Source of the DNA: Candidatus Xenobia bacterium
Lineage (GTDB): Bacteria > Vulcanimicrobiota > Xenobia > Xenobiales > QWHO01
NCBI GenBank assembly: GCA_045863235.1
Contig: BTUM01000071.1
Location: 1-40,950 of the forward strand
Direction: 5' to 3'
DNA: 40,950 nucleotides
The notes beneath the pieces are model-generated. The model did not search any database. It was not told the DNA's origin and worked only from the letters and a program-made list of their open reading frames with translations. Below, one piece after another: positions 26,606 through 33,836 of the stretch. Each line of letters opens with the position of its first letter. Positions within the stretch are counted from its first letter, which is position 1. The translations under genes and the position numbers were made by a program.

Positions 26606-27997
26606 ATGAACCTGACCCGCAGGTGCCTGATAGCCGGTGCCGCCATGCTCTGCCTGACCGGAGCTTCCTTCGCCCAGCCCTCGCCAGACGAGGCCCGTAA
26701 GATCGCCCAGGAGGCCTACATTTACGGCTATCCTCTGGTGACCATGGAGATGACTCGCCGCGTCATGACCAACGTGGCCAGGTCGGAGGGGACACGCGCT
26801 CCGATGAACCAACTCGTGCGCTTGCGGAGCTATCCCGACGCCAAATTCCGCGACGTGACAGCGCCCAACGCGGATACCCTCTACACCACCGGATGGCTGG
26901 ACGTGGGCAAGGAGCCCTGGGTCCTCAGCATTCCCGACGCACAGGGGCGCTACTACCTCTTCCCCATGCTGGACGCCTGGACGAACGTCTTCCAGGTGCC
27001 CGGCAAGCGGACCACCGGCACCGCCGCCCAGACCTACGCCATCACCGGTCCCGGCTGGAAGGGGACGCTGCCGGCGGGCGTGACCGAGTACAAGTCGCCC
27101 ACCTCCATGGTCTGGCTGCTCGGCCGAATCTATTGCACCGGCACGCCGGAGGATTACGCCGCCGTGCACAAGATGCAGGATGGGGTCAAGCTCGTTCCCC
27201 TGAGCTCTTACGGCAAGCCTTTCCAGCCCCCCGCCGGCAAAGTGGATCCCGCCATCGACATGAAGACCCCGGTGCGCGATCAGGTGAACGCCCTGAGCGC
27301 GGAAGTTTACTTTCAGCTGATGGCCGACCTGATGAAGTCCAATCCGCCAGCCGCGGCCGACGCCCCGATGGTCGCCCGGATGGCCCGGATCGGCCTGGTC
27401 CCCGGCCAGAGATTCCAGCCCGACCCGGCCACTGCCAGCTCCCTGGCGAGCGTGCCGGCTGACTCCTTCAAAGTTATCATGGGACACTTCAAGGCCGCCG
27501 GAAAGAACGAGAACGGCTGGCTGTTCACCACCGGCACCGGACAGTACGGCACGGACTACCTCGAGCGCGCCCTCATCACCGCCATCGGCCTGGGAGCCAA
27601 CCGGCCTCAGGACGCCATCTATCCCACCTCCGAGAGGGACGCGGCCGATCAGCCTTACGACGGCTCGAAGAATTACGTCATGCGCTTCCCGGCCGGGCAG
27701 CTTCCCCCGGTGGACGGCTTCTGGTCGCTGACGATGTACGATGCGGATTACTTCTTCGTGGACAACCCCCTCAACCGATATACGCTGAGCCAGCGCAACA
27801 ACCTGAAGAAGAACGCGGATGGGTCCGTGGACCTCTACCTGCAGAACACCAACCCGGGCCCCGACAAGGAGTCCAACTGGCTGCCCACGCCATCGGGCCG
27901 GTTCATCCTGATGCTGCGCTTGTACTGGCCCAAGACCAAAGCACCTTCCATTCTGGACGGGAGCTGGAAGATTCCGGGGGTGCAGGTGGCTCGCTGA
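26606..27997 (+). CDS. DUF1254/DUF1214 domain exported protein
   Basis: AYIYGYPLV, PNADTLYT, WLDV, LPPVDGFWSLTMYD, NWLPTP, LRLYWP; signal peptide with TRR (possibly Tat). Confidence 0.92.
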   Translation: MNLTRRCLIAGAAMLCLTGASFAQPSPDEARKIAQEAYIYGYPLVTMEMTRRVMTNVARSEGTRAPMNQLVRLRSYPDAKFRDVTAPNADTLYTTGWLDVGKEPWVLSIPDAQGRYYLFPMLDAWTNVFQVPGKRTTGTAAQTYAITGPGWKGTLPAGVTEYKSPTSMVWLLGRIYCTGTPEDYAAVHKMQDGVKLVPLSSYGKPFQPPAGKVDPAIDMKTPVRDQVNALSAEVYFQLMADLMKSNPPAAADAPMVARMARIGLVPGQRFQPDPATASSLASVPADSFKVIMGHFKAAGKNENGWLFTTGTGQYGTDYLERALITAIGLGANRPQDAIYPTSERDAADQPYDGSKNYVMRFPAGQLPPVDGFWSLTMYDADYFFVDNPLNRYTLSQRNNLKKNADGSVDLYLQNTNPGPDKESNWLPTPSGRFILMLRLYWPKTKAPSILDGSWKIPGVQVAR

Positions 27998-28014
27998 TCT
28001 GCGAACGTAGGCAA

Positions 28015-28045
28015 GAAGGGGCCTCCGAGCTTCGGAGGCCCCTTC
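28015..28045. terminator. Probable bidirectional terminator between convergent genes
   Basis: 14-bp perfect stem gaaggggcctccga / tcggaggccccttc with a 3-nt loop. Confidence 0.8.
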
Positions 28046-28058
28046 CTTGGCGGGGAGG

Positions 28059-29498
28059 CTATGGCGAGCGAGCAAGCAGGGCGCGGCAGCGTTCGGTCTG
28101 CTCAGGCCAGGTGGCCATCACCTTCTCGGCCAGGCCCGCGAGCATGAATTGCTCGTTTGGCTGGAGCGGAATGCCGGCCGCCTGCTCCAGGGCGCTGGTC
28201 GCTTCCTGTCCCCGATCCAGGCCGGCCAGCCCCTCGGCCTGCATCAACAACGCATCCGCCCGGACAGGCCCCGCCTGGAGGTAGGCCTGAATCCGTTCCA
28301 GCGCACCCTCGGGTCGGCGGTGGTCGAGGTAGAGGCGAGCCTCCGCCAGCACGGCCATGCGTTGATTTTCCTCGGGAGGATCGGTGCCCTGAGGATTGAG
28401 CCGTTGCCCCTGAAAGAGGCTCTGACAGGCCTGCACCAGGGCCGTGGGCTCCATCTGCTGGCGCAGGATCCCGGCCCGGTCATAAACGTGGTAGAGCAGG
28501 GGCATGCCTTTGAGCAGGTGGCCGAAGACCTGGTCGGCCTTCAACTGGCCGATCCCCACCATGTCGCACAGGATGGGCAGCGTCCAGAGCACTCCCGCCT
28601 CCTGGCCCAGGTGGGCCTCGATGCGCTCGTCGTAGCGCAGCGGGCGATCGGCCATTCCGGCGCGCTGCATGATGAGGTCCAGAATGCTGAGCGTCAGCAT
28701 GGAGTTGAACTTGTCCTCGGCGCTCAGCTCCTGGCCCTGGGCCTGCTGGAGCTGCTCGATGTGGGCCACCATCCCGTGCAGCAAGACCATGGCGAAGACC
28801 TGTCGGCCACAACGCTCCAGCATCGACAGGCCAAAGCCACGCAGTTGAGCCAGCTCGGCCGGGAAGCCAGCCTTCTCGGCTCTTTCCAGGGCGGCCCGGG
28901 CTCCGGCCAGGTCGCCGTTGTAGCTCAGCAGCTCCGAGGTGCGCAGCCAACTATCCGGGTTGTTGCTCAGGTGGGCCCGAAGCGCAAGTCGCCTGGCCCA
29001 CTGGTGTAGCGCTCCCACCTGGCCGTTCAACGCGCAGGCCATGAGCACCGAGCTCAGCCCGGCTGGCTCGAGCGGGTGGGATCGTCCGGTGAGCTGTTGA
29101 AAGCGCTCGGCCGGGGCCAGCTGGTGCAGGCAGTCCACCGCCAGCCCGGTCACCAGGCTGACCGAGCCGGCCTGTCCTTCAGCCCGGATGGACTCTTCCT
29201 CGAGCACTCGCCCTTCGGGGCTGACCAGCCGCACGCGGACCTCGCAGCCACCCTGACAGTCGACCTCGAGGCGAAACTCGGCCGCGTTCTCGATGCGCAG
29301 GAAGCGCCCGGTGTCGAGGGCGGCTTTGATGACCGCCTCAAGGTCCGGGGCGGGCGAGCCGGTGCAGACCAGTCGCACCTGCGCCAGAGGAGTGGGGAAG
29401 GTGAGGCTGGCGATCAGCTCGGCTCCGCCGGTCTGGCCCCAGCTCGGGGGAGGAGCAGGGGGCTCATCCGAGGTCTTCTTCTTCGAGAAGGGCCACAT
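28059..29498 (-). CDS. Hypothetical protein with TPR-like helical repeats
   Basis: 479 aa; N-terminal MWPFSKKK; GDLAGARAALERA and ALLMQAEGLAGLDRGQEATSALEQA TPR-like segments. Confidence 0.7.
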   Translation of the reverse strand: MWPFSKKKTSDEPPAPPPSWGQTGGAELIASLTFPTPLAQVRLVCTGSPAPDLEAVIKAALDTGRFLRIENAAEFRLEVDCQGGCEVRVRLVSPEGRVLEEESIRAEGQAGSVSLVTGLAVDCLHQLAPAERFQQLTGRSHPLEPAGLSSVLMACALNGQVGALHQWARRLALRAHLSNNPDSWLRTSELLSYNGDLAGARAALERAEKAGFPAELAQLRGFGLSMLERCGRQVFAMVLLHGMVAHIEQLQQAQGQELSAEDKFNSMLTLSILDLIMQRAGMADRPLRYDERIEAHLGQEAGVLWTLPILCDMVGIGQLKADQVFGHLLKGMPLLYHVYDRAGILRQQMEPTALVQACQSLFQGQRLNPQGTDPPEENQRMAVLAEARLYLDHRRPEGALERIQAYLQAGPVRADALLMQAEGLAGLDRGQEATSALEQAAGIPLQPNEQFMLAGLAEKVMATWPEQTERCRALLARSP

Positions 29499-29545
29499 CC
29501 GGGGAAGTTTCTCGGCCAGAATCGACCCGGCCTGCAGGGGCGGAA

Positions 29546-29671
29546 TCAGGCTCGCTTCTTCAGTACCACGCCGCCGATGACCAGCGAGTCCTGGTCCTCG
29601 CGCACGGTATTGAGCGTGCCCGGGGAGATCAGCTTGCCAACCTCGCTGGTGCTGAAAGAAACTTTACCCTG
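29546..29671 (-). pseudogene. Start-less 41-codon frame encoding the family C-terminal motif
   Basis: Between TGA 29672-29674 and TGA 29546-29548 it reads QGKVSFSTSEVGKLISPGTLNTVREDQDSLVIGGVVLKKRA*. Confidence 0.55.
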
Positions 29672-30053
29672 TCAGTTTGCGAGCGAAGGCCAGCACATGC
29701 CCGTCGGGGTCGGCCACGTAGCCGGCGAGGTCACCCCAGTCGCGCTCCTGCACCGGACTGACCGGCCGGGCCCCTGCCTGCAGCGAGCGCTGCAACCAGG
29801 CCTCGGGGTCGTCCACCTGGAGGTACAGCTCGCAGCGCGGGACCCCCTGACCCTGGTCGGGATGGGGCAGGGCGGGGCAGAGGATGCGGGCGATGCCGTT
29901 CTCCGGCATCAGGCCGAGCCTGGCGCCGGGGAGCTCGAACTCGGTCATCCCTGGTACGTCCAGCGCCGGGCTCCGTTGCAGGACCTGGCTGTAGAAGTCG
30001 CGGCTGGCTGGCTGGGAGGCCACGTACAGGATGACCTGGACCGAGCTTACCAT
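29664..30053 (-). CDS. VOC/glyoxalase family protein (start corrected to MVSSVQ)
   Basis: ILYVASQPASRDFY, PRCELYLQVDD, RDWGDLAGYVADPDGHVLAFA. Confidence 0.9.
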   Translation of the reverse strand: MVSSVQVILYVASQPASRDFYSQVLQRSPALDVPGMTEFELPGARLGLMPENGIARILCPALPHPDQGQGVPRCELYLQVDDPEAWLQRSLQAGARPVSPVQERDWGDLAGYVADPDGHVLAFARKLTG

Positions 30054-30613
30054 CGACTGACGACCAGCAGCCCCAGCCCGAGCCCGAGCCAGAGCAGCCA
30101 GGCCAGATCCCCGGGTCCGCCCGGCCCCACCGCAGGCCCCAGCAACACGATGCGCACCACCCGATACTCGGCCGTCTTCTGCTCTAGCTCCTCGTCCGAG
30201 AGCGCGAACGGATCCACTCCGGCCAGGCTCTTGGCCGCAAAGCCGCTGTTCTGCAGCACCCTGCGCAGGGCCTTGAGCCGCGCCTCGGGCTCCTCCACCA
30301 GCACTGCCCTCCCGCTCCAGCGCCCGTCGGGAAGCCAGACCTCGAGCTCGGGGTTGGCCTGCAGGTTGCGCAACCATTGGCTTTTCTCGCCATACCCGGC
30401 CACACAGGAAACCTCCCCGTCGCCGGGGGCGTAGTTGAGCGGCGCCAGGCGGGGCTGACCGCTCTTGCGGCCGGTGACGCGCAGCACCATGATCCGCCCC
30501 AGGCGGGCAGGGCTGCAGTTGATGAGCCGTCCCAGGCCCAGGCGCCAGCACAGCACCATTACCCGGTTGACCAGCTTGAATGAGGAAGGAGACACGTCTG
30601 TGACGGGTTCCAA
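30047..30613 (-). CDS. Nitroreductase-family deazaflavin (F420)-dependent oxidoreductase with C-terminal TM helix
   Basis: VLRVTGRKSGQPRLAPLNY and SQWLRNLQANP (DDN/DUF385 signature); start uncertain (TTG 30613 after GGGGAG). Confidence 0.82.
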   Translation of the reverse strand: MEPVTDVSPSSFKLVNRVMVLCWRLGLGRLINCSPARLGRIMVLRVTGRKSGQPRLAPLNYAPGDGEVSCVAGYGEKSQWLRNLQANPELEVWLPDGRWSGRAVLVEEPEARLKALRRVLQNSGFAAKSLAGVDPFALSDEELEQKTAEYRVVRIVLLGPAVGPGGPGDLAWLLWLGLGLGLLVVSRW

Positions 30614-30636
30614 ACCGAACTGCTCCCCCCCTCCTT

Positions 30637-30703
30637 GCCTGATCCACCCGACTGGCCTGCGCATGCGCGGGGCACTTGCCTGGATCAGCCTGATCCACCC
30701 GAC
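30637..30703. repeat. 16-bp direct repeat with embedded palindromes
   Basis: gcctgatccacccgac at 30637 and 30688; tggatcag-c-ctgatcca (30681-30697); gcgcatgcgc (30659-30668). Confidence 0.65.
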
Positions 30704-30760
30704 CCACCTGGGCGGGCGCAGGGGATGGGGATTGAGGCAGTCTTTTGTGTTAGAAATTTT

Positions 30761-30807
30761 ATGTAAACACGAGATTCATTGAGCCCGCTGTCATACAAAG
30801 TTTACAT
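30761..30807. promoter_or_regulatory. AT-rich divergent promoter region with widely spaced inverted repeat
   Basis: ATGTAAAC (30761-30768) ... GTTTACAT (30800-30807) in an AT-rich patch between divergent genes. Confidence 0.4.
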
Positions 30808-30849
30808 TGTTCCCCTAGATGAACGCCCCGACCGCCCCGAGATCAGAGC

Positions 30850-31965
30850 ATGAACATTCGCGAAGCCGCCCCCTCCCAGCCCCTGACCTTCGCCCCGACT
30901 CGCCTGCCGGTGGGCGAGCCGGCCGGGCCCACGGCCCTCGAGCTGCCTCTCGACCGCGGCCCCGAGCACGTTGACCGGCGCCGTTCCCTGGACGCTCGCT
31001 ACGATGCCTACATGAAGGTATTGCTCGAAAACAAGAAGGTGGCGGACCTGTCTGACGCCGAGCTGCAGGCGCTCGACTCGCGCGGCGCCAACGTGTCCGC
31101 CCAGCGTGCCTCCCGGGGCCACTTGACGGCTCGCGAGGCGGTGCGCCTGAGCAACGCTGACAAGAGCGGCGAGATCTCAAAGATGCTCAGCCTTCGCCCT
31201 GACCTGCGCGAGGAGGACCTGTTCGAGGAAGACATCAACGGCAACAAGTTCCTGCGTCCCAGCCTGCAGGACCCGAATCGTCGGGCCACGCTGGCTGCGC
31301 GACCGGACCTGCGCCCCATCGACCTCGACAATACCCGCGACCCCAAGATGCTTACCCTACTCTCCAAACGGCGCGACTTGCGGCCGCCCGAGCTCGAGCA
31401 GATGAAGCAGGGTTTCTTCGACAGGATCAAACCCTACTTCCCTCCCGCAGTGGCGGCTTCGCTGGCCCAGCAGTGCTCGGATGAGTCCATGGAGGTCATG
31501 TCCTTGCGCGGGCCGGATACCCGTCCCGACAGTCTCATGCGTCTCTACGACTCGATTCACGGGGCGGTCGGCCCGATGGGTGGGCAACAGACCCCCTTCC
31601 TGTTCCTCAAGGGCCTCAGCGTGCTCAAGTCGCGACCCGACATCAGTCCTGACGGCCTGTCGCTGCTGGCCGGGACGGTCGGCGACGTGGGCCATGGGGC
31701 CAGCTCGGCCAGCATCGGTGGCTGCCTCGATCGCTGCTTCACGGCCCTGCTGAACCCCGACATGCAGCTCGGCCAGGTCCTGGGAGCGGCCGAGGGTGCG
31801 CGTCAGTTGCCCCCCGATCCCAATCTGCGCATGGAGGTGCTGGGGCGCACGGCGCTCGGGCTCGAGCCAGCCGGCCGACCCCGCCAGGAGGGGCCCGAGC
31901 CCAAGAAGCCTGTCGTCGACCCTCAGCCCGCGCCCGCTCCGAACGCCAGGCCTCAGGCAGCCTGA
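30850..31965 (+). CDS. Hypothetical protein with RPDL-type repeats
   Basis: 371 aa; LSLRPDLREE, LAARPDLRPI, LSKRRDLRPP, LRGPDTRPD, LKSRPDISPD. Confidence 0.75.
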   Translation: MNIREAAPSQPLTFAPTRLPVGEPAGPTALELPLDRGPEHVDRRRSLDARYDAYMKVLLENKKVADLSDAELQALDSRGANVSAQRASRGHLTAREAVRLSNADKSGEISKMLSLRPDLREEDLFEEDINGNKFLRPSLQDPNRRATLAARPDLRPIDLDNTRDPKMLTLLSKRRDLRPPELEQMKQGFFDRIKPYFPPAVAASLAQQCSDESMEVMSLRGPDTRPDSLMRLYDSIHGAVGPMGGQQTPFLFLKGLSVLKSRPDISPDGLSLLAGTVGDVGHGASSASIGGCLDRCFTALLNPDMQLGQVLGAAEGARQLPPDPNLRMEVLGRTALGLEPAGRPRQEGPEPKKPVVDPQPAPAPNARPQAA

Positions 31966-32122
31966 GCTGCGCCTGGCCGAGTCGCAGCCGACTCCCGGTC
32001 ACGAACGCCAGTTTGTCCCCGCGGGGGACGAACGCATGCTCGGTTCAAGACCGGATGGAGGTCGACCGTCACCAGCGCCAGAGCGACGGAGGCTGGCTGT
32101 GGACCCGGACCGCCGACCCGGA

Positions 32123-33778
32123 TCAGAACGAGTTGAAGATGTTTAAAGCATACAAGAACTCGTAGATCGGTCCGCCCAGGTGGTCGACCGGCACGAAGTA
32201 GGCGTAGCCCAACTTCTCGCTGAAGACCGACAGCACCTGAATCTGGCTCTGGTCGATCTTGATGGCGTTCTTGATTTTACCGGGATAGCTGGCGAGCAGG
32301 AAGTCGAAGTTGTTGGACACGACCACCGAGTCCTGGGCCAGGGTGATGATGCTCACGCCCTGGTCGGCCACCGCGGTCAGGTCGACGTCGGCTGCCAACA
32401 GCACCTGCTGCAACTCGGCCTGGGCCTCGGGGGTCAACAGGTTGCTGCTCACCAGGGGATCGATGCTGTTCTTGCTGGTGAAGGCCACCTCGATGGGGCC
32501 GGGGTAGCTGGCTCCATTGCCGGTTTTTCCCAGCCCTGAAGCCAGCACCTCGGTGGCGATGGTGGTGTCGGGCAGGGCGAAGGCCTGGGCGATGTTGACC
32601 TGCTGACCGTTCACGTTGCAGAGATCCTGCAGGACGGGAAAGGTCGCCTGCATCGCAAAGAAGTCGGCGTTGAAGATGCTCAGGAAATTGGAGCCGACCG
32701 AGTAGGTGGCGTAGCTGAGGAAAGCATCGGCGCTGAGAATCGGCTTGACCATGTTGACCAGCGTCTGGCTCTGCACGTTGTAGGGGTTGGAGCCGCTGGC
32801 ATCCACGTCGTCGAAGAGGTAGCCGTAGGTGATGGAGGAGGTGTTGTAGGCGCCCTCCATGCCCACTGAATGGGTGAGCTGGTAGAAGGGGTCGAGCAGG
32901 CCCGGGTTCTCGGAAAGGTAGATGTTGAACCAGAGCGAGTAGGCACCCCCCTCGGAGTAGCCGGCTGAAAAGAGCTTCAGAGGCGGGGCGTCAGGGGCGA
33001 AGTTGTATTCGTCCACGATGGTGGGCTGGACGGCGGCAAGCATGTCTACGGCCGTCTGGGCTGAGACCCGCGGGTAAAGCACGTAGGGGTGGACATTCTG
33101 CCAGTCGTCGCCCTGGCCGACATAGTCGGGGATCAACACGATGTAGCCCTGAGAGCCCCACACCTGCGCGGTCAGCTGGGTTTCGTTGTTGTCGGCGTAC
33201 TCCGAGCCGACCTGCTCCTTGTTGAAGGTGGTGCCGTGGAAGTAGACGATGACGCCCTTGACCTGGGAGGCCGAGATGCCCTGGGGCATCAAGAGCCCGC
33301 CGGAGACCTGGAAGGTCTCCGGTCCAGCGGGCAGAGGCACGGTGGTCTGATAAGAGACGGGTTGGAAGGATACGCCCGTGACTCCCAGCGGGTTGTTTGA
33401 GATGGGCTGGGCGTTGAGGTCGAAATTACCGGTCTGGGGCTGGCTCTTGATGAAGGCGATGTCGTCCACCACCTGGGGGGTGCTCGTGGTAACGCCCAGC
33501 TTCTGGCTCAGATGGCAGAACAGGATCTCATAGGCCGTCTCGAGGTCCTGAACCGAGATGGTCATCGGGGTGCCTTTGGGCGCAACGGGCAGAGGGATCG
33601 GATCGAGGTGATCGCCGGGCACCAGCTTGAGGGCCGTGTCGGCGTCGGCGACCATGGCTTGCTGGATGATCTCCGCGTCGGTCGGGGGGGCGGGAGCGAA
33701 GGTGGAGAAGGGCTGGTCCTGACCGCTGCCGCAGCCGAGCAGCACCAGGAGCAAGGCGAGGATGGCATACTTTCTCAT
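32123..33778 (-). CDS. Lipoprotein alpha/beta hydrolase (secretory lipase-like; start corrected to MRKYAIL)
   Basis: Lipobox LLGC; YFHGT, PDYVGQG, nucleophile AGYSEGG, candidate Asp QDSVV and His VDHLGG. Confidence 0.82.
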   Translation of the reverse strand: MRKYAILALLLVLLGCGSGQDQPFSTFAPAPPTDAEIIQQAMVADADTALKLVPGDHLDPIPLPVAPKGTPMTISVQDLETAYEILFCHLSQKLGVTTSTPQVVDDIAFIKSQPQTGNFDLNAQPISNNPLGVTGVSFQPVSYQTTVPLPAGPETFQVSGGLLMPQGISASQVKGVIVYFHGTTFNKEQVGSEYADNNETQLTAQVWGSQGYIVLIPDYVGQGDDWQNVHPYVLYPRVSAQTAVDMLAAVQPTIVDEYNFAPDAPPLKLFSAGYSEGGAYSLWFNIYLSENPGLLDPFYQLTHSVGMEGAYNTSSITYGYLFDDVDASGSNPYNVQSQTLVNMVKPILSADAFLSYATYSVGSNFLSIFNADFFAMQATFPVLQDLCNVNGQQVNIAQAFALPDTTIATEVLASGLGKTGNGASYPGPIEVAFTSKNSIDPLVSSNLLTPEAQAELQQVLLAADVDLTAVADQGVSIITLAQDSVVVSNNFDFLLASYPGKIKNAIKIDQSQIQVLSVFSEKLGYAYFVPVDHLGGPIYEFLYALNIFNSF

Positions 33779-33804
33779 GGCCCGCACCCTTCGCGCTTTC
33801 TGAA

Positions 33805-33836
33805 TTCTTTCCGCCCCGCCCGTTAAGCTGCATGGT
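33805..33836 (+). promoter_or_regulatory. Putative leaderless promoter (shared motif)
   Basis: TTCTTTC-N12-TAAGCT-GCATGGT-ATG, no SD. Confidence 0.5.

Noticed and set aside
30054..30707. 347-aa fusion-like version of the VOC gene
   Set aside because: The extension overlaps the nitroreductase-family gene in another frame; the VOC domain starts at ATG 30053.
32001..32045. SOS-box-like CGAAC-N4-G[TC]T[TC]G sites
   Set aside because: Imperfect, located between convergent 3' ends, and explained by a simple hairpin (gtttgtcccc/ggggacgaac).
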